Source: a virus (taxonomy: Duplodnaviria; Caudoviricetes). Taken from it: a stretch of 59,105 nucleotides of DNA. The DNA lies in IMG/VR virus record IMGVR_UViG_3300020045_001526, positions 1 through 59,105 of that record. One strand, 5' to 3'. Under the pieces are notes generated by a model. The model did no database searches. It was not told where the DNA came from and worked only from the letters and a program-made list of their open reading frames with translations. Position numbers and translations under genes: made by a program. This document shows positions 17,968 through 27,662 of the stretch, in pieces (position 1 is the first letter of the stretch; each line of letters starts with the position of its first letter).

Positions 17968-18951
17968 TTAGCGGCTATACACGCCGATGCTTGGCGTAAG
18001 ATAAATCGGAGCGCCATCAGTCTCGCTCTGTTCAGCTTCGAATACCTGCTTGTCCGACATCTGCACTACCATCTGAGCAACCGTAGCATCCACCGTAGGA
18101 AGTTCAAAACAGAGTCTTGCCGCGAGAAGCCAGATTATACCGTCAAGCCACCGTTGAGGAATATCTAATTGTTGAATCAATGTTCCCACATCTTGAGGTT
18201 GCCTATGGATAAACAGCGTTAGGTGATTCGTGTCGCGATCAGGTATAGGCCAAAGAGTAAGTGTAGGCGTCAGCTTCTTCTCAAAGAAATAGTTTATAGC
18301 CGGATGACCCTGTTGAGTCTTAGCATTGATCGCCATATACGTGTCCCGATTCCACTGAGTCATCGGCAAATCATAGAGGGAAATGCACACTAACAGATCA
18401 CTAACTACGGGGAGAGTGGGTAAAAATCCAGTAATGCTATAGAAAGGTTTATTTTCTATTTTAGATAAGTCAAACCAGTAATATTGATTAGCCTGATATA
18501 CTGACGCCTCTATGGAATTTACCGTAGAGAAGGTGACGTTGTCGTCGGAAGTTCCTAGAGTAAGCGCGCCAGAATATGCCGAGCTAAATTTAACCCCTAG
18601 GCGTACCCCTTTTACTACACCTGTAGAAGCCACTCCTCCCGCGGCGGTAACTGAAAAAGAGGAAGTAGCTAAAACCGGCTCCGAGTGCACCACGTTGAGC
18701 ACATCTAAAGTTCCAGGTGGAGTGGTGTAAGTTGCTCTACCAGCCTGAACACCTAGTATTACTTTGTCTACACACCACAGGTTTAAACCTCGATTGCCAA
18801 GGTTCAACAAAAGCATGTATAAACACTCTTTGGCAATCAATACGGTTTCTGGAGTCTGAGCCGAAGGTAATACGCGCACCCGACGGAACGCATGTTCTAT
18901 CAGGGCGCTAGTGTCTATAACCGTTGATGCTACTGTTCCGCTAGTGGTCAT
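17968..18951 (-). CDS. Head-tail connector-type virion protein
   Basis: MTTSGT start, NRGLNLW, LWPIPD and DIPQRW motifs. Confidence 0.6.
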   Translation of the reverse strand: MTTSGTVASTVIDTSALIEHAFRRVRVLPSAQTPETVLIAKECLYMLLLNLGNRGLNLWCVDKVILGVQAGRATYTTPPGTLDVLNVVHSEPVLATSSFSVTAAGGVASTGVVKGVRLGVKFSSAYSGALTLGTSDDNVTFSTVNSIEASVYQANQYYWFDLSKIENKPFYSITGFLPTLPVVSDLLVCISLYDLPMTQWNRDTYMAINAKTQQGHPAINYFFEKKLTPTLTLWPIPDRDTNHLTLFIHRQPQDVGTLIQQLDIPQRWLDGIIWLLAARLCFELPTVDATVAQMVVQMSDKQVFEAEQSETDGAPIYLTPSIGVYSR

Positions 18952-18959
18952 GTTAGACC

Positions 18960-19235
18960 TTACGTATAGAGGACGATAACTGTACCCGTAACAACTATGA
19001 ATAGTCCGTTTTTAGCGGCAATACCAACTCCGCCAATTAGGGGAACCACATCGCCGACGGCTAAGGTTTTGCTATATAGAATAGTCCCGGCAGTGCTAGT
19101 GCCGTCATAAATCACACAAGAGCCTCCGGTTACGGTAGAAACAATACCGTATAGCCCCCGAGGACCAGCCGAGCCTATCTGAGCTCCTACCGTAGTACCC
19201 TGATTCCAGTAGCTAAGTTTTACGCCATTACTCAT
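18960..19235 (-). CDS. Small virion-associated protein
   Basis: Beta-rich with IYDGTS motif; RBS GGAG. Confidence 0.55.
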   Translation of the reverse strand: MSNGVKLSYWNQGTTVGAQIGSAGPRGLYGIVSTVTGGSCVIYDGTSTAGTILYSKTLAVGDVVPLIGGVGIAAKNGLFIVVTGTVIVLYT

Positions 19236-19251
19236 ATCATTACTCCCTATA

Positions 19252-19272
19252 GAGAGGGGTTATACCCCTCTC
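19252..19272. terminator. Intergenic hairpin
   Basis: GAGAGGGGT-TAT-ACCCCTCTC 9-bp stem; no clear U-tract. Confidence 0.4.
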
Positions 19273-19279
19273 ATGATAC

Positions 19280-20011
19280 TTAGACCTGGGTAACCCCACA
19301 GGCTCCAATACGAGTAGCGTTAGGCCCGCACGCAATAGCGGGAAGGCCAATACAAACCACTAGACGCTTAACCCCATCAGCAGCACTAGGTAAGGTGACA
19401 TATCCTCGCACATCCCCCGTACTAACCGTTGCCGGGGAGGTCGTATCCGCTACGGTAAAGGCCGAAAGAGCAACTACTGTAGCGTTAAAGTTAGCAGGGA
19501 GTATATAATCTCGCGAAGTGATACGGTAAGGCAAACCGATAAGATCACTGAATCCCGCATTGATATTAGTACCTGCGGCCGTAGCATTGGCGTTAGTAAT
19601 ACTAGTGACAGACTTGAACATCTTAGTAGAAGTTACCGTACTGGTAGAAGGTGCGGCAAGTGTTTGTGACATCGGTTGTCCGTAGATGTCATACCCACTA
19701 ATCTTGTACGTCGCCGTATTAGCTCCTACCGCCGTTATCGTGACCGAACGGGCCACATCTAGGTTATAACGCAAGGTGCCATCAGCATTTGCTGAAGTAG
19801 TTACGCCAGTGCCTGCGGTTAATACGAGAGACGCACCCGAGGCCACTGCGGCAGTGGTTGATAAACCAGAGGCTTGAAGAGTTACCGGAACTACGTCATA
19901 GACGTAGACTCGACCCATTGGCCCAACGCCGAGTTCCATTTCACTCGGGCCGTCACTATTAACCTTACCAGAATTAACTGGACCCATCATGATATCGTCA
20001 GAAATTTGCAT
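19280..20011 (-). CDS. Putative capsid decoration/minor structural protein
   Basis: Directly after the major capsid gene; Thr/Ala-rich; start MQISDD with RBS GAGGAG. Confidence 0.55.
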   Translation of the reverse strand: MQISDDIMMGPVNSGKVNSDGPSEMELGVGPMGRVYVYDVVPVTLQASGLSTTAAVASGASLVLTAGTGVTTSANADGTLRYNLDVARSVTITAVGANTATYKISGYDIYGQPMSQTLAAPSTSTVTSTKMFKSVTSITNANATAAGTNINAGFSDLIGLPYRITSRDYILPANFNATVVALSAFTVADTTSPATVSTGDVRGYVTLPSAADGVKRLVVCIGLPAIACGPNATRIGACGVTQV

Positions 20012-20048
20012 TTGATTACTCCTCTGTGGCTTGAACCACTCAAGGTGA

Positions 20049-20078
20049 ATAAGAAAACTCCCCGACATCGCCGGGGAG
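20049..20078 (-). terminator. Rho-independent terminator after the major capsid gene
   Basis: CTCCCCG/CGGGGAG stem followed by TTTTCTTAT on the minus strand. Confidence 0.7.
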
Positions 20079-20092
20079 AAAAGACCCGAAGA

Positions 20093-21022
20093 TCAGGTCC
20101 CAGGAGTACCGAACATAGCACGCCAATCAGTCCAGCCCGAACCGAAGCGCATCGTGCTCTTGTAGCGAACGCTGTCGGTCTCGAAGTCACCTTCCATCGA
20201 CTTCTCGATCTTACGACGCCACAGGGTTTTCATACCTTCCGAAGCATCCGTCTGAACAAACCAGGCCGTTGCCGAGGTAAGACGCGAGAGAACTGCAACA
20301 TCGGAGAGCATACCCATCGACTTGACCGGGTTCAGATCGTTGTTGTTGGTACCGGCACGCAGGACACTCTTCAGCAGAACTTCAGCCTGGAGCATATTAC
20401 CCGGAGCAACAACCAGCTTCTTTGGCGTGAGGCGGATCTTCTTACCACGCGGATCAGCAGCTTGGCGAATCTGGATCATCATCTGTTCCAGCGACGTTTG
20501 CGACAGTGCGGCAGAAGTAGCAAGGAGATTGCTAGCCGACGGATCACCAGCCGCAACGGCGAGCGCCGCAGCGTGGTTGTTTACACACAGGGCAGAACCA
20601 TCGCCGCCGGTGTACGAGCCATTGAAAGCGCGATTCAGATGGTTAGCGTGAATAGTCTCGAGCGTCTCAGTCATCGACTGAGCCAGGTGTTTCGAGAAAG
20701 TCGAGCCGATACGGATGTGATCGCCGTCTTCGACCAGAACCTTAGTCAGAGCAAACGCCAGACCATACACTTCGTACGGATAGCGTTTGACGAACAGCTG
20801 ACCACCAGCATCGTACGTAACTGGCGTACTATCCGGGAGAGCCGGTGCCGAACCCATACCGTAGAGCATAGGTTCTTCATGGTAAGCGCGAGCAATGCCC
20901 GGACTTTCCGTGAAGATTTGTTTGTACTCGTCCGCACGTTGGTCGTACACGCCGTCGAAAGCTTGATTCAGAATCGGTTCAACAATTGACCGAAAGTCTG
21001 AGGAACGCATAGGAGTAGCCAT
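20093..21022 (-). CDS. Major capsid protein
   Basis: 309 aa after the scaffold and auxiliary genes; P..LVVAP, TAWF, EGDFETD...YK...R...GWTDWR motifs; biased codon use. Confidence 0.85.
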   Translation of the reverse strand: MATPMRSSDFRSIVEPILNQAFDGVYDQRADEYKQIFTESPGIARAYHEEPMLYGMGSAPALPDSTPVTYDAGGQLFVKRYPYEVYGLAFALTKVLVEDGDHIRIGSTFSKHLAQSMTETLETIHANHLNRAFNGSYTGGDGSALCVNNHAAALAVAAGDPSASNLLATSAALSQTSLEQMMIQIRQAADPRGKKIRLTPKKLVVAPGNMLQAEVLLKSVLRAGTNNNDLNPVKSMGMLSDVAVLSRLTSATAWFVQTDASEGMKTLWRRKIEKSMEGDFETDSVRYKSTMRFGSGWTDWRAMFGTPGT

Positions 21023-21038
21023 TGTCTATTCCCCTTTC

Positions 21039-21608
21039 TTAGATAGAGTTGACTTCGGTCAAGATCTGGTTCTTAGCGATCTGGACTCGAACAATAGTAT
21101 AAGCATCACCCCATGCGTTGTCCGCATATGGAGCCAGGCCGAGAATACGGAAGTTGCCCACCGCAGCCGCGCCCTTGAGCGTGGAGTTCATGTACGAACC
21201 CGTGACACCAGTATTGACGTTACCTGCCGCGATAACAATGTCCGCCGAGTCGCCGATAGCCGTAACAGCAACAGCGCCGCCCGCCTGAATTTCGCATTCC
21301 AGAAGCGGATCAAACGGAATAATATACCATTCGATCTGAGTAACGCCCGACAGAGAAGCCGGCCAGTAAGGTGAGTACGTCGGCTTGCCCGTAGCGTCAT
21401 TGTACTTGCAGCCGTCGAAGATACCGATGGAAGCGTCGTTGGCGGCGATAATAGCCGCAATAGCGCCGTCGCCGGTGAGTTTTACAAGATCACCCTTGTA
21501 AACCGCCGCCGAAGGAATCGAAGTAAAACCGGACAGAACGCGAGTCCGAATCGTCCCAGAGGGATGATAGACTGCACGAACGCCTGAAGGAGAAGCAACA
21601 GTGCTCAT
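21039..21608 (-). CDS. Capsid auxiliary/cement protein
   Basis: VYKGDLV, GIFDGC.Y, DP...EIQ motifs; precedes the capsid gene. Confidence 0.6.
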   Translation of the reverse strand: MSTVASPSGVRAVYHPSGTIRTRVLSGFTSIPSAAVYKGDLVKLTGDGAIAAIIAANDASIGIFDGCKYNDATGKPTYSPYWPASLSGVTQIEWYIIPFDPLLECEIQAGGAVAVTAIGDSADIVIAAGNVNTGVTGSYMNSTLKGAAAVGNFRILGLAPYADNAWGDAYTIVRVQIAKNQILTEVNSI

Positions 21609-21619
21609 GATTTATTCCT

Positions 21620-22189
21620 TTACGAAATGAATGTTGGATTGCGGGAATTACCGCGTCCGAGATTGTTGAAGTCGCCCTCGATTTGCGCAAGCCTACGACC
21701 ATCACTGTCTTCATCATTACGACCTGAAACTTGATCGCGAATGGAAGCCTCTTGTTCCATCGGCATGTCGTGGTGATAAATCATCATCAGATCCTGGTAC
21801 GTTTCTACCGGAATCTTAAACAGCAACATTTCGTTACAGGCGATACACCCATCGAATTCACCACCGTTGGCCATGAATTGTGCGCCGAACGCCGGGACTT
21901 CGGATGCTTTTACCGGAGCATAACCACGCTGAATCCGTTTGTAGACGGGGTCAGTGCTATTGGTTGTGCTCAGCCAGCAACAGTGAAAACCAGGCAGTTT
22001 AGGCGGAGTAGGGAGAACTTCTTGTACCCAGTCCTGCCGCAAGGCGCGTCTGCGCTCTGCCGCCGAGAGGGCACTTCCATCTTGCTGAACGCGATCAATA
22101 TCCGCGCTATCACGTGCGCCGCGAACAGACTGTCCTGCATCCTTCTTAAGGCGTTCGTCGCCGAAGGTGTCTTTGATTGGATTGGCCAT
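21620..22189 (-). CDS. Conserved head-module protein
   Basis: Position between scaffold and capsid genes; LPTPP.LPGFH..W motif. Confidence 0.55.
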   Translation of the reverse strand: MANPIKDTFGDERLKKDAGQSVRGARDSADIDRVQQDGSALSAAERRRALRQDWVQEVLPTPPKLPGFHCCWLSTTNSTDPVYKRIQRGYAPVKASEVPAFGAQFMANGGEFDGCIACNEMLLFKIPVETYQDLMMIYHHDMPMEQEASIRDQVSGRNDEDSDGRRLAQIEGDFNNLGRGNSRNPTFIS

Positions 22190-22201
22190 ATTCGTAGCTC
22201 C

Positions 22202-23188
22202 TTACTTGTTCGAACCGTTTTCACGGTCGTAGATTTGAAATCGTTTAATTGCATCTGCGCGCTTGATAGGATCATCAAAAATCCCGGCATCTTTCAGAGC
22301 TTTAACTCGCTCTGCGGATAGGCGGTATGTCCCCTTGGGCGCAGCGCCCGATTCCTGTCCAGAACCCGCAACCGGAACACGCGGTTTCGACTGTGGATTA
22401 CCTTGAGTCCGATTATACCCTGAAACCGCCCGGTGAGGCAAGTATTTTTTAACACGTGAATCCAACTCTTCCCAGTATTCCGAAGTAGTAGGATTCCAGC
22501 CTTCCTGCACCAGCCGATTGTCGATATTCATAACTAAGCTACTGTCGGCGTCCGAGCCACTAGGATCATACCAAGAGTTCTTCTCAATCCAGGCGTTAGC
22601 GTTCTGAGCCATACGTGGATCCAGCGGCTTGGGTTGCTGGACGGCCTTAGCACCCATGTTCTTCTTGGCGTTCTGCAGCATGTTGAATCGGTTTTGCGCC
22701 GCGAACATTTTCTCCTGAGCATCCACCGCCACCGCGCCGTCGGCAAGTTCAATAGCCTTGCGATTGACGTCTTTGTAATGATTGTAGTAATTCGAGGCTT
22801 CCGTAATGGCCGCATCAAGTTGTGCCGCCTGATTACCAACCGAATGCTGTTCTACCGAAGCAAGACGAGTAGACAACTCATTCAGCATCGTGTCGCGGGA
22901 AGCCAATTCACGTTTCAGCGACTCTACGTATTCCTTACGACTTGCCTTATTCTGAATACGACGCGCGCGATTGCGTTCTCGACGAGCTTCGGCCTCTTCA
23001 GAAGTCTCTTCCGCGTGACCGTCTTCGTCCTCATCGTCGGAAGTTTTACCGGTAGATACCCGGTCGTCATCTTTATCACTGGAATCTTCTTTTTCGATTA
23101 CAGGATCGTCTCCGACCTGGAGCGAGCCGTCATCCAGCTCTTTAACCTTCAAATCCTTCAGGTCGTCTTTCTTGTCTTCATTTTCCAT
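22202..23188 (-). CDS. Capsid scaffolding protein
   Basis: Acidic N-terminus, coiled coil, W...N.W and EYW.ELD.R motifs; upstream of the capsid gene. Confidence 0.7.
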   Translation of the reverse strand: MENEDKKDDLKDLKVKELDDGSLQVGDDPVIEKEDSSDKDDDRVSTGKTSDDEDEDGHAEETSEEAEARRERNRARRIQNKASRKEYVESLKRELASRDTMLNELSTRLASVEQHSVGNQAAQLDAAITEASNYYNHYKDVNRKAIELADGAVAVDAQEKMFAAQNRFNMLQNAKKNMGAKAVQQPKPLDPRMAQNANAWIEKNSWYDPSGSDADSSLVMNIDNRLVQEGWNPTTSEYWEELDSRVKKYLPHRAVSGYNRTQGNPQSKPRVPVAGSGQESGAAPKGTYRLSAERVKALKDAGIFDDPIKRADAIKRFQIYDRENGSNK

Positions 23189-23209
23189 TGTGTATTCCTT
23201 TCACACAAA

Positions 23210-23617
23210 TTAAAGCAATTTAGAATAATACTGATGTTGCCCGGTCACCTTGTCGACTACGTCATAGTCATTATAGGTTGCAAATATTACTGTTTGGTCT
23301 GAGTTTTCTTCTACTGGAATCTCAACCCTATTAAAACCACCATACCTAGGCATAAGAACAATATCTCCAATACCGCACCACGCACCTTCTTTCCAGGTGT
23401 CTCCAGATGACCTATCTCTATAGGCAATTTGACCAATTTTAATAACTCGGCAGACAATAGTAGAGTTTTTGTTGAAGTCCTGCGTGTCGCTGGCAAGTAT
23501 AATGCTACCCTTTTTCTTAGGTACAAGCATCAACTGTACTGTGATCTTGTTGCCGAGCGGCTCACGACCTGGATCAACATAGGGAAAATGTGCGGTTACA
23601 AATTCATCGTGCGTCAT
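23210..23617 (-). CDS. GroES-like co-chaperonin
   Basis: PLGNKITV, GSIIL mobile loop, VIKIG..AY, WC.IGD.V...RYGG. Confidence 0.75.
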   Translation of the reverse strand: MTHDEFVTAHFPYVDPGREPLGNKITVQLMLVPKKKGSIILASDTQDFNKNSTIVCRVIKIGQIAYRDRSSGDTWKEGAWCGIGDIVLMPRYGGFNRVEIPVEENSDQTVIFATYNDYDVVDKVTGQHQYYSKLL

Positions 23618-23640
23618 ATATGCTCCTTGCATAAATACCT

Positions 23641-24255
23641 CTAATCGGAGAGGATTACCGTGTTGCAATCTTCGATACCTTGATGCCTTTTAGCAGATTG
23701 ATGTATAGCCATGTTGCCTTTATTAGCAACCAATCCACAGACCTCACATTTAAATTTTCTTAAAGCAACTATCTTCCCAGCAACGGCACCTCCTTTTGAA
23801 GCTCCAAGCATAGACCATTTTGATAGTTGTTCTGATGAGGCTGAATGAACACCCAATCCTAACTGTTTAGAACGCTTACCAGCCCTAGATCTAACAGCAT
23901 AAGTGTGTACACCTAGTCCAAGTTCGCATGATTTTAATCCACCTAACCGGGCGGGTACTGATCCGCCATCTCCTCCTGGGGTAGAATTATAACCGAATGG
24001 GCCAAATGTATTATCAGTCGCAATGGCTGATATTTCTAATTGAACTGCAATATCTCTACTTATTGTATCGCAAACTACTTCCTTAATAACTTTATCCCAT
24101 GTATATTTACGTATAGCCTTATATACTTGTATCGGGTCTTTAATTGAAGACCTTTCATGTTCTTTCATTCTTCGGTTAAAATCATTACTTATTCCGTAAT
24201 ATTTCTTACCGTTAGGAAAAGTTAGACAATATAGCGAATGCGTATACGCGTTCAC
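23641..24255 (-). CDS. Free-standing GIY-YIG homing endonuclease
   Basis: LYCLT...KKYYGIS...RRMKEH, E, GYN.T.GGDG; C-terminal CEVC..H..H; AT-rich. Confidence 0.8.
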   Translation of the reverse strand: MNAYTHSLYCLTFPNGKKYYGISNDFNRRMKEHERSSIKDPIQVYKAIRKYTWDKVIKEVVCDTISRDIAVQLEISAIATDNTFGPFGYNSTPGGDGGSVPARLGGLKSCELGLGVHTYAVRSRAGKRSKQLGLGVHSASSEQLSKWSMLGASKGGAVAGKIVALRKFKCEVCGLVANKGNMAIHQSAKRHQGIEDCNTVILSD

Positions 24256-24452
24256 TGACGTTGCTCCTCTTCTATAGTATCGCGCAGTAATGAATCAAGA
24301 GTTTCCAGCGCGAGTTGGAGACCCTGATAACGCCCAGCTTGTACCCCATGTTCGAACGGATCGGACTTGGGACGCATCATGGACGCTTCAGCAACACCTT
24401 GTTGTTGATCTTTTATAACACCTATGTACTTACTAATCAGGTTTTGGTTCAC
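24252..24452 (-). CDS. Small conserved head-module protein
   Basis: G.YQGL..A motif typical upstream of phage groES genes; GTG start. Confidence 0.55.
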   Translation of the reverse strand: MNQNLISKYIGVIKDQQQGVAEASMMRPKSDPFEHGVQAGRYQGLQLALETLDSLLRDTIEEEQRQ

Positions 24453-24607
24453 TTGATTTTAAGTTTCTTAGGTAAGTTTTTGACTGATTTAGTCTTGGCT
24501 ACAAACTCTGCCGCAACCGCCTTAGGAATACTCTTCTCCTTAGCTAGTTTCGGATTATTCTTAGCCGCGATCATCAGCTTGAATTGAGCTTTTGACTTAG
24601 CTGGCAT
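24449..24607 (-). CDS. Small basic protein (MPAKSKAQFKLM...)
   Basis: Translated by hand, 52 aa, Lys-rich, coupled to its neighbours. Confidence 0.6.
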   Translation of the reverse strand: MPAKSKAQFKLMIAAKNNPKLAKEKSIPKAVAAEFVAKTKSVKNLPKKLKIK

Positions 24608-24766
24608 TTTTAGCTTTCTTGACTATCTTCTTCACTTCAACTTCTTCAGGTTCTTCACTGATAGGTTGAATGTCGGTAGAAGGCGAAAAGTCCAATGAAA
24701 GGTGAGCAAGGCTCTTTTCGCTTTCAATAACCTTTTGAATACCGGAGGCTTCCGTAACTAGATACT

Positions 24767-24928
24767 TCATTTGCAACGGCCTCCCTTCTTCAAACCTCTC
24801 TTCTTGAGTTCGGCAGCGATGAGTTTCTTGTCTTCCACAATATCATCATGTTTAACCTTACCACCATCTTTATAAGCCTTCAAGCCCGGTTGAGCCTGAC
24901 CGCCAAGTACTTTAGCAAGACGTCCCAT
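24767..24928 (-). CDS. Small basic protein with YKDGG and LKKGG motifs
   Basis: Translated by hand, 53 aa; RBS AGGAG. Confidence 0.6.
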   Translation of the reverse strand: MGRLAKVLGGQAQPGLKAYKDGGKVKHDDIVEDKKLIAAELKKRGLKKGGRCK

Positions 24929-24963
24929 TTAATTCTCCTTTGATTTAGTGATTACGCAGAGGG

Positions 24964-26703
24964 CTAAATATTCTTTACAATTCCACAACGACTCAATCTA
25001 ACAGTAACATTAACAGGGGACCCTCCTAGAAAAGCTAATGCAAAACTAGGTTGAATTGATTTTGTCACTGAGGTCGTCCAGTCGATAGTTCCCCCGCTAC
25101 GTAGTGTCACAGGCTGGCTAAGTATATTCCCGTCGAAAGCAATACCCATCCATCCATCGTCCATTAAGCTCGAGTTGAATAGAGACCCGCTAAATGACGC
25201 CGCGTTTTGCACTACATTGTTTGTTGTATCCGAAGCCGAGATAACAACACCTAGACCAACTAATCCCGTATTACCGGCATCAACGATACAACGGGCAACA
25301 TGTTGAACCACATCTCCGGACACCCCGATTGTCCCGGCAAAATTGAAGTTATTCAGAGTGACGCTAACAATTGCTCCGACCGTACCCGCTGTACCTGTAA
25401 TCGTGATAACCTGCTGGTCAAACCCGTCAGAATCAACATCTTTACTGTAGTCAATTGCGTACCCGGCGGGGACGCTGGGGCCAGTCCACCCTGTTGCTAG
25501 CGACCCGGTGGCTCCTGTTCCTTTCGTCCCGGAAGTTCCGGAGAACATGTTTACTCCTGCAAAAGCAGTGTCTGCAACATATGCCGGAAGACCGTTTCTG
25601 GCAGGGTAACCACCTGCTGCAAAAATTCCGTCGAGTATCGCGCCAATACCGATTCCTAGAGCGCGGTTCCCGGTGAAATTCGGATGTAGGGCGTCAGCGA
25701 CATTAATGTATCCGGCTTTGAACAGGTATGAGGTGGGTGACTGGGCCATCAAGTCATAACTGTTAAACTTGATAACGCTACCGCTATACGGAGTATATGC
25801 GGCAACATCAAGAAATGTCCGTCGAGCTAGATTGTATGACCCAAGATTACTAGAGTTGGAGTTTGGTAACTCGTTCATAACGATAACTATTTTGCCCGCT
25901 GCAACTAAGGCGGCTATGATTTGTTGATAAACCGGACCGTCCGTAGCTACCGGGTTTGTTCCATCATTTACACCACCTAGTAATACGAATACAGACGCCG
26001 TGGAACCCAGCACGTTTGCCCTCTGACCATACCCTGAGATCGCCGTAGATGTTACATTCTGAGCGGGATTCACAATATATGTTCCACCTGCATTTGCGCC
26101 AGTTCCGGTTCCAAGTGCGGTAATATAAGTACCTTGTAGAACATCCGTTCCAAATAATTGCTGACCAACCGCGAATGAACCTGTACCATGGGTCGTGTCC
26201 GTAAACGTGGCCACCCCCGCAGTCGTTGTTATCGTCCCTGCCGTAGATGTTGCTGTGGCGGCAGGGCTAATGCGACTCTGTATCTGTGACAGAGTCTGAG
26301 AGTTAATACCGAAATTACCAACAAATTTCCCACGATAGTTAGATGCATGTTGCGCCCAATTTGCGTATCCGTACGCAGTTAAACGGTCGGCTGAATAGGT
26401 ATTAGAGTTCTCTGTAGATGAAGCCGTACGTGAGTCTCCGATAATAGCCCACTGGTTATTCGTCGGTGTGGGATAAATGGTAGTTGCAACACCAGCAGTT
26501 AAATCAGTTACCCCTGCCGGCAACTTGAGTGTTGCTGATCCGTCTGTAAAACTACTTCCCTCAGTAACCGGATCTAGTACTCCTTCAACTAGACTATTAC
26601 CATTTTGATAGGTTTTAATGTCACCATTGGCTTCCTCCCAAACTTCGAAAGTTTTACCTCCAACAAGGTTACGCAATTCAGTAAGTAAAGTTCTAACGCC
26701 CAT
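24964..26703 (-). CDS. SGNH/GDSL hydrolase-domain protein (putative virion esterase/spike)
   Basis: Blocks IIGDS, FGINS, GGVND and DALHP; beta-rich C-terminus. Confidence 0.75.
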   Translation of the reverse strand: MGVRTLLTELRNLVGGKTFEVWEEANGDIKTYQNGNSLVEGVLDPVTEGSSFTDGSATLKLPAGVTDLTAGVATTIYPTPTNNQWAIIGDSRTASSTENSNTYSADRLTAYGYANWAQHASNYRGKFVGNFGINSQTLSQIQSRISPAATATSTAGTITTTAGVATFTDTTHGTGSFAVGQQLFGTDVLQGTYITALGTGTGANAGGTYIVNPAQNVTSTAISGYGQRANVLGSTASVFVLLGGVNDGTNPVATDGPVYQQIIAALVAAGKIVIVMNELPNSNSSNLGSYNLARRTFLDVAAYTPYSGSVIKFNSYDLMAQSPTSYLFKAGYINVADALHPNFTGNRALGIGIGAILDGIFAAGGYPARNGLPAYVADTAFAGVNMFSGTSGTKGTGATGSLATGWTGPSVPAGYAIDYSKDVDSDGFDQQVITITGTAGTVGAIVSVTLNNFNFAGTIGVSGDVVQHVARCIVDAGNTGLVGLGVVISASDTTNNVVQNAASFSGSLFNSSLMDDGWMGIAFDGNILSQPVTLRSGGTIDWTTSVTKSIQPSFALAFLGGSPVNVTVRLSRCGIVKNI

Positions 26704-26794
26704 GATTATTCTCCAAACTAGGTTTCCAAGGATTTTGCTTACGAGCCTTAGCTCTTTCTCTACGACGTTTCTTTTCCTTACTAGTGCTCATTAG

Positions 26795-27268
26795 TTAGTA
26801 CCCTGGTTGAGATTCAATATCAGTTTGCAACTTGTTAAGCATCAACGTGGTCGTGGCGCATTCGTTGATCGCTGCATCTCCGACGGAAGTAGATACTGGG
26901 TTGGTGCCAACTCCATCAGGCTCTCCGGTGGTCGGTATACGGTTGTCGGTACAGGAATACACTGGGTTGTTGCGCACCCCGCACTTACCAGCAGCAACAC
27001 AACGCTTGAAAACTTCTCCAGTGTCGATAGCTTTTTTGAGATCTGCTTTCGCTTGTATGTAGTCATTAGAAGCCTTCTTTCTTTTCGTGTTAGCTATATC
27101 CGTTTGCCGCTCTATCTCGGCAAGCACGTCAAGCTTATATTCCCGGAAGTCCTGCTCAACCGCCGTAAGTCTGAGTTCTTGAATACCAAAAGCTAAGCTA
27201 AAACCGGCAATCGCCGCGATGAGGTAAGGAATAGCCCCTTTTAGGAAGGTTAGAAATAAAGGATTCAT
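26795..27268 (-). CDS. i-spanin (Rz-like)
   Basis: N-terminal TM helix, coiled coil, lysis-cassette position. Confidence 0.7.
   Translation of the reverse strand: MNPLFLTFLKGAIPYLIAAIAGFSLAFGIQELRLTAVEQDFREYKLDVLAEIERQTDIANTKRKKASNDYIQAKADLKKAIDTGEVFKRCVAAGKCGVRNNPVYSCTDNRIPTTGEPDGVGTNPVSTSVGDAAINECATTTLMLNKLQTDIESQPGY
26842..27066 (-). CDS. o-spanin (Rz1-like) nested in Rz
   Basis: Alternate frame inside Rz; hydrophobic signal and lipobox VSAG-C; Pro-rich mature part; exact start uncertain. Confidence 0.7.
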   Translation of the reverse strand: MTTYKRKQISKKLSTLEKFSSVVLLLVSAGCATTQCIPVPTTVYRPPESLMELAPTQYLLPSEMQRSTNAPRPR

Positions 27269-27489
27269 ATGTTCTTAGTCTCTTGCATTATCTTGAATGC
27301 CCATCCTGCTAAAAATGTGGCAGGGCCGGTTACAGCGGCTATCACAGCGGCAATTCCCAATCCATCTAGAGGGCTGGTCACGGCGAAATGTTTGGCCCAC
27401 ATCTGGCAATCGACAAGCATCCACATGGCGAGAGCCATTATCAAAGTGCTGCGTACCCGATACCGATTGAGCCATGTATTAAACTCCAT
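27265..27489 (-). CDS. Putative holin
   Basis: Two TM segments, 74 aa, between endolysin and spanin. Confidence 0.6.
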   Translation of the reverse strand: MEFNTWLNRYRVRSTLIMALAMWMLVDCQMWAKHFAVTSPLDGLGIAAVIAAVTGPATFLAGWAFKIMQETKNI

Positions 27490-27661
27490 CCGATTTATCC
27501 CTACCGATAGCACGCAATTTTAACTTACATTCATCTGGAAACGGGCATATATTTTCCAGACAACCCTGTTCACTATATTCTCCCCATTCTCTTTGACGTA
27601 AAACTAGACCTTCAGTACATCGAAGTTTATCAGAATGGGTTAGGTATTGTAATGAATCCAT
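27479..27661 (-). CDS. Small hypothetical protein
   Basis: Fills the gap in the lysis cassette. Confidence 0.4.
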   Translation of the reverse strand: MDSLQYLTHSDKLRCTEGLVLRQREWGEYSEQGCLENICPFPDECKLKLRAIGRDKSDGV

Positions 27662-27662
27662 A

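Noticed and set aside
19874-20989. 371-aa plus-strand ORF
   Set aside because: Antisense shadow of the codon-biased major capsid gene; no RBS or motif
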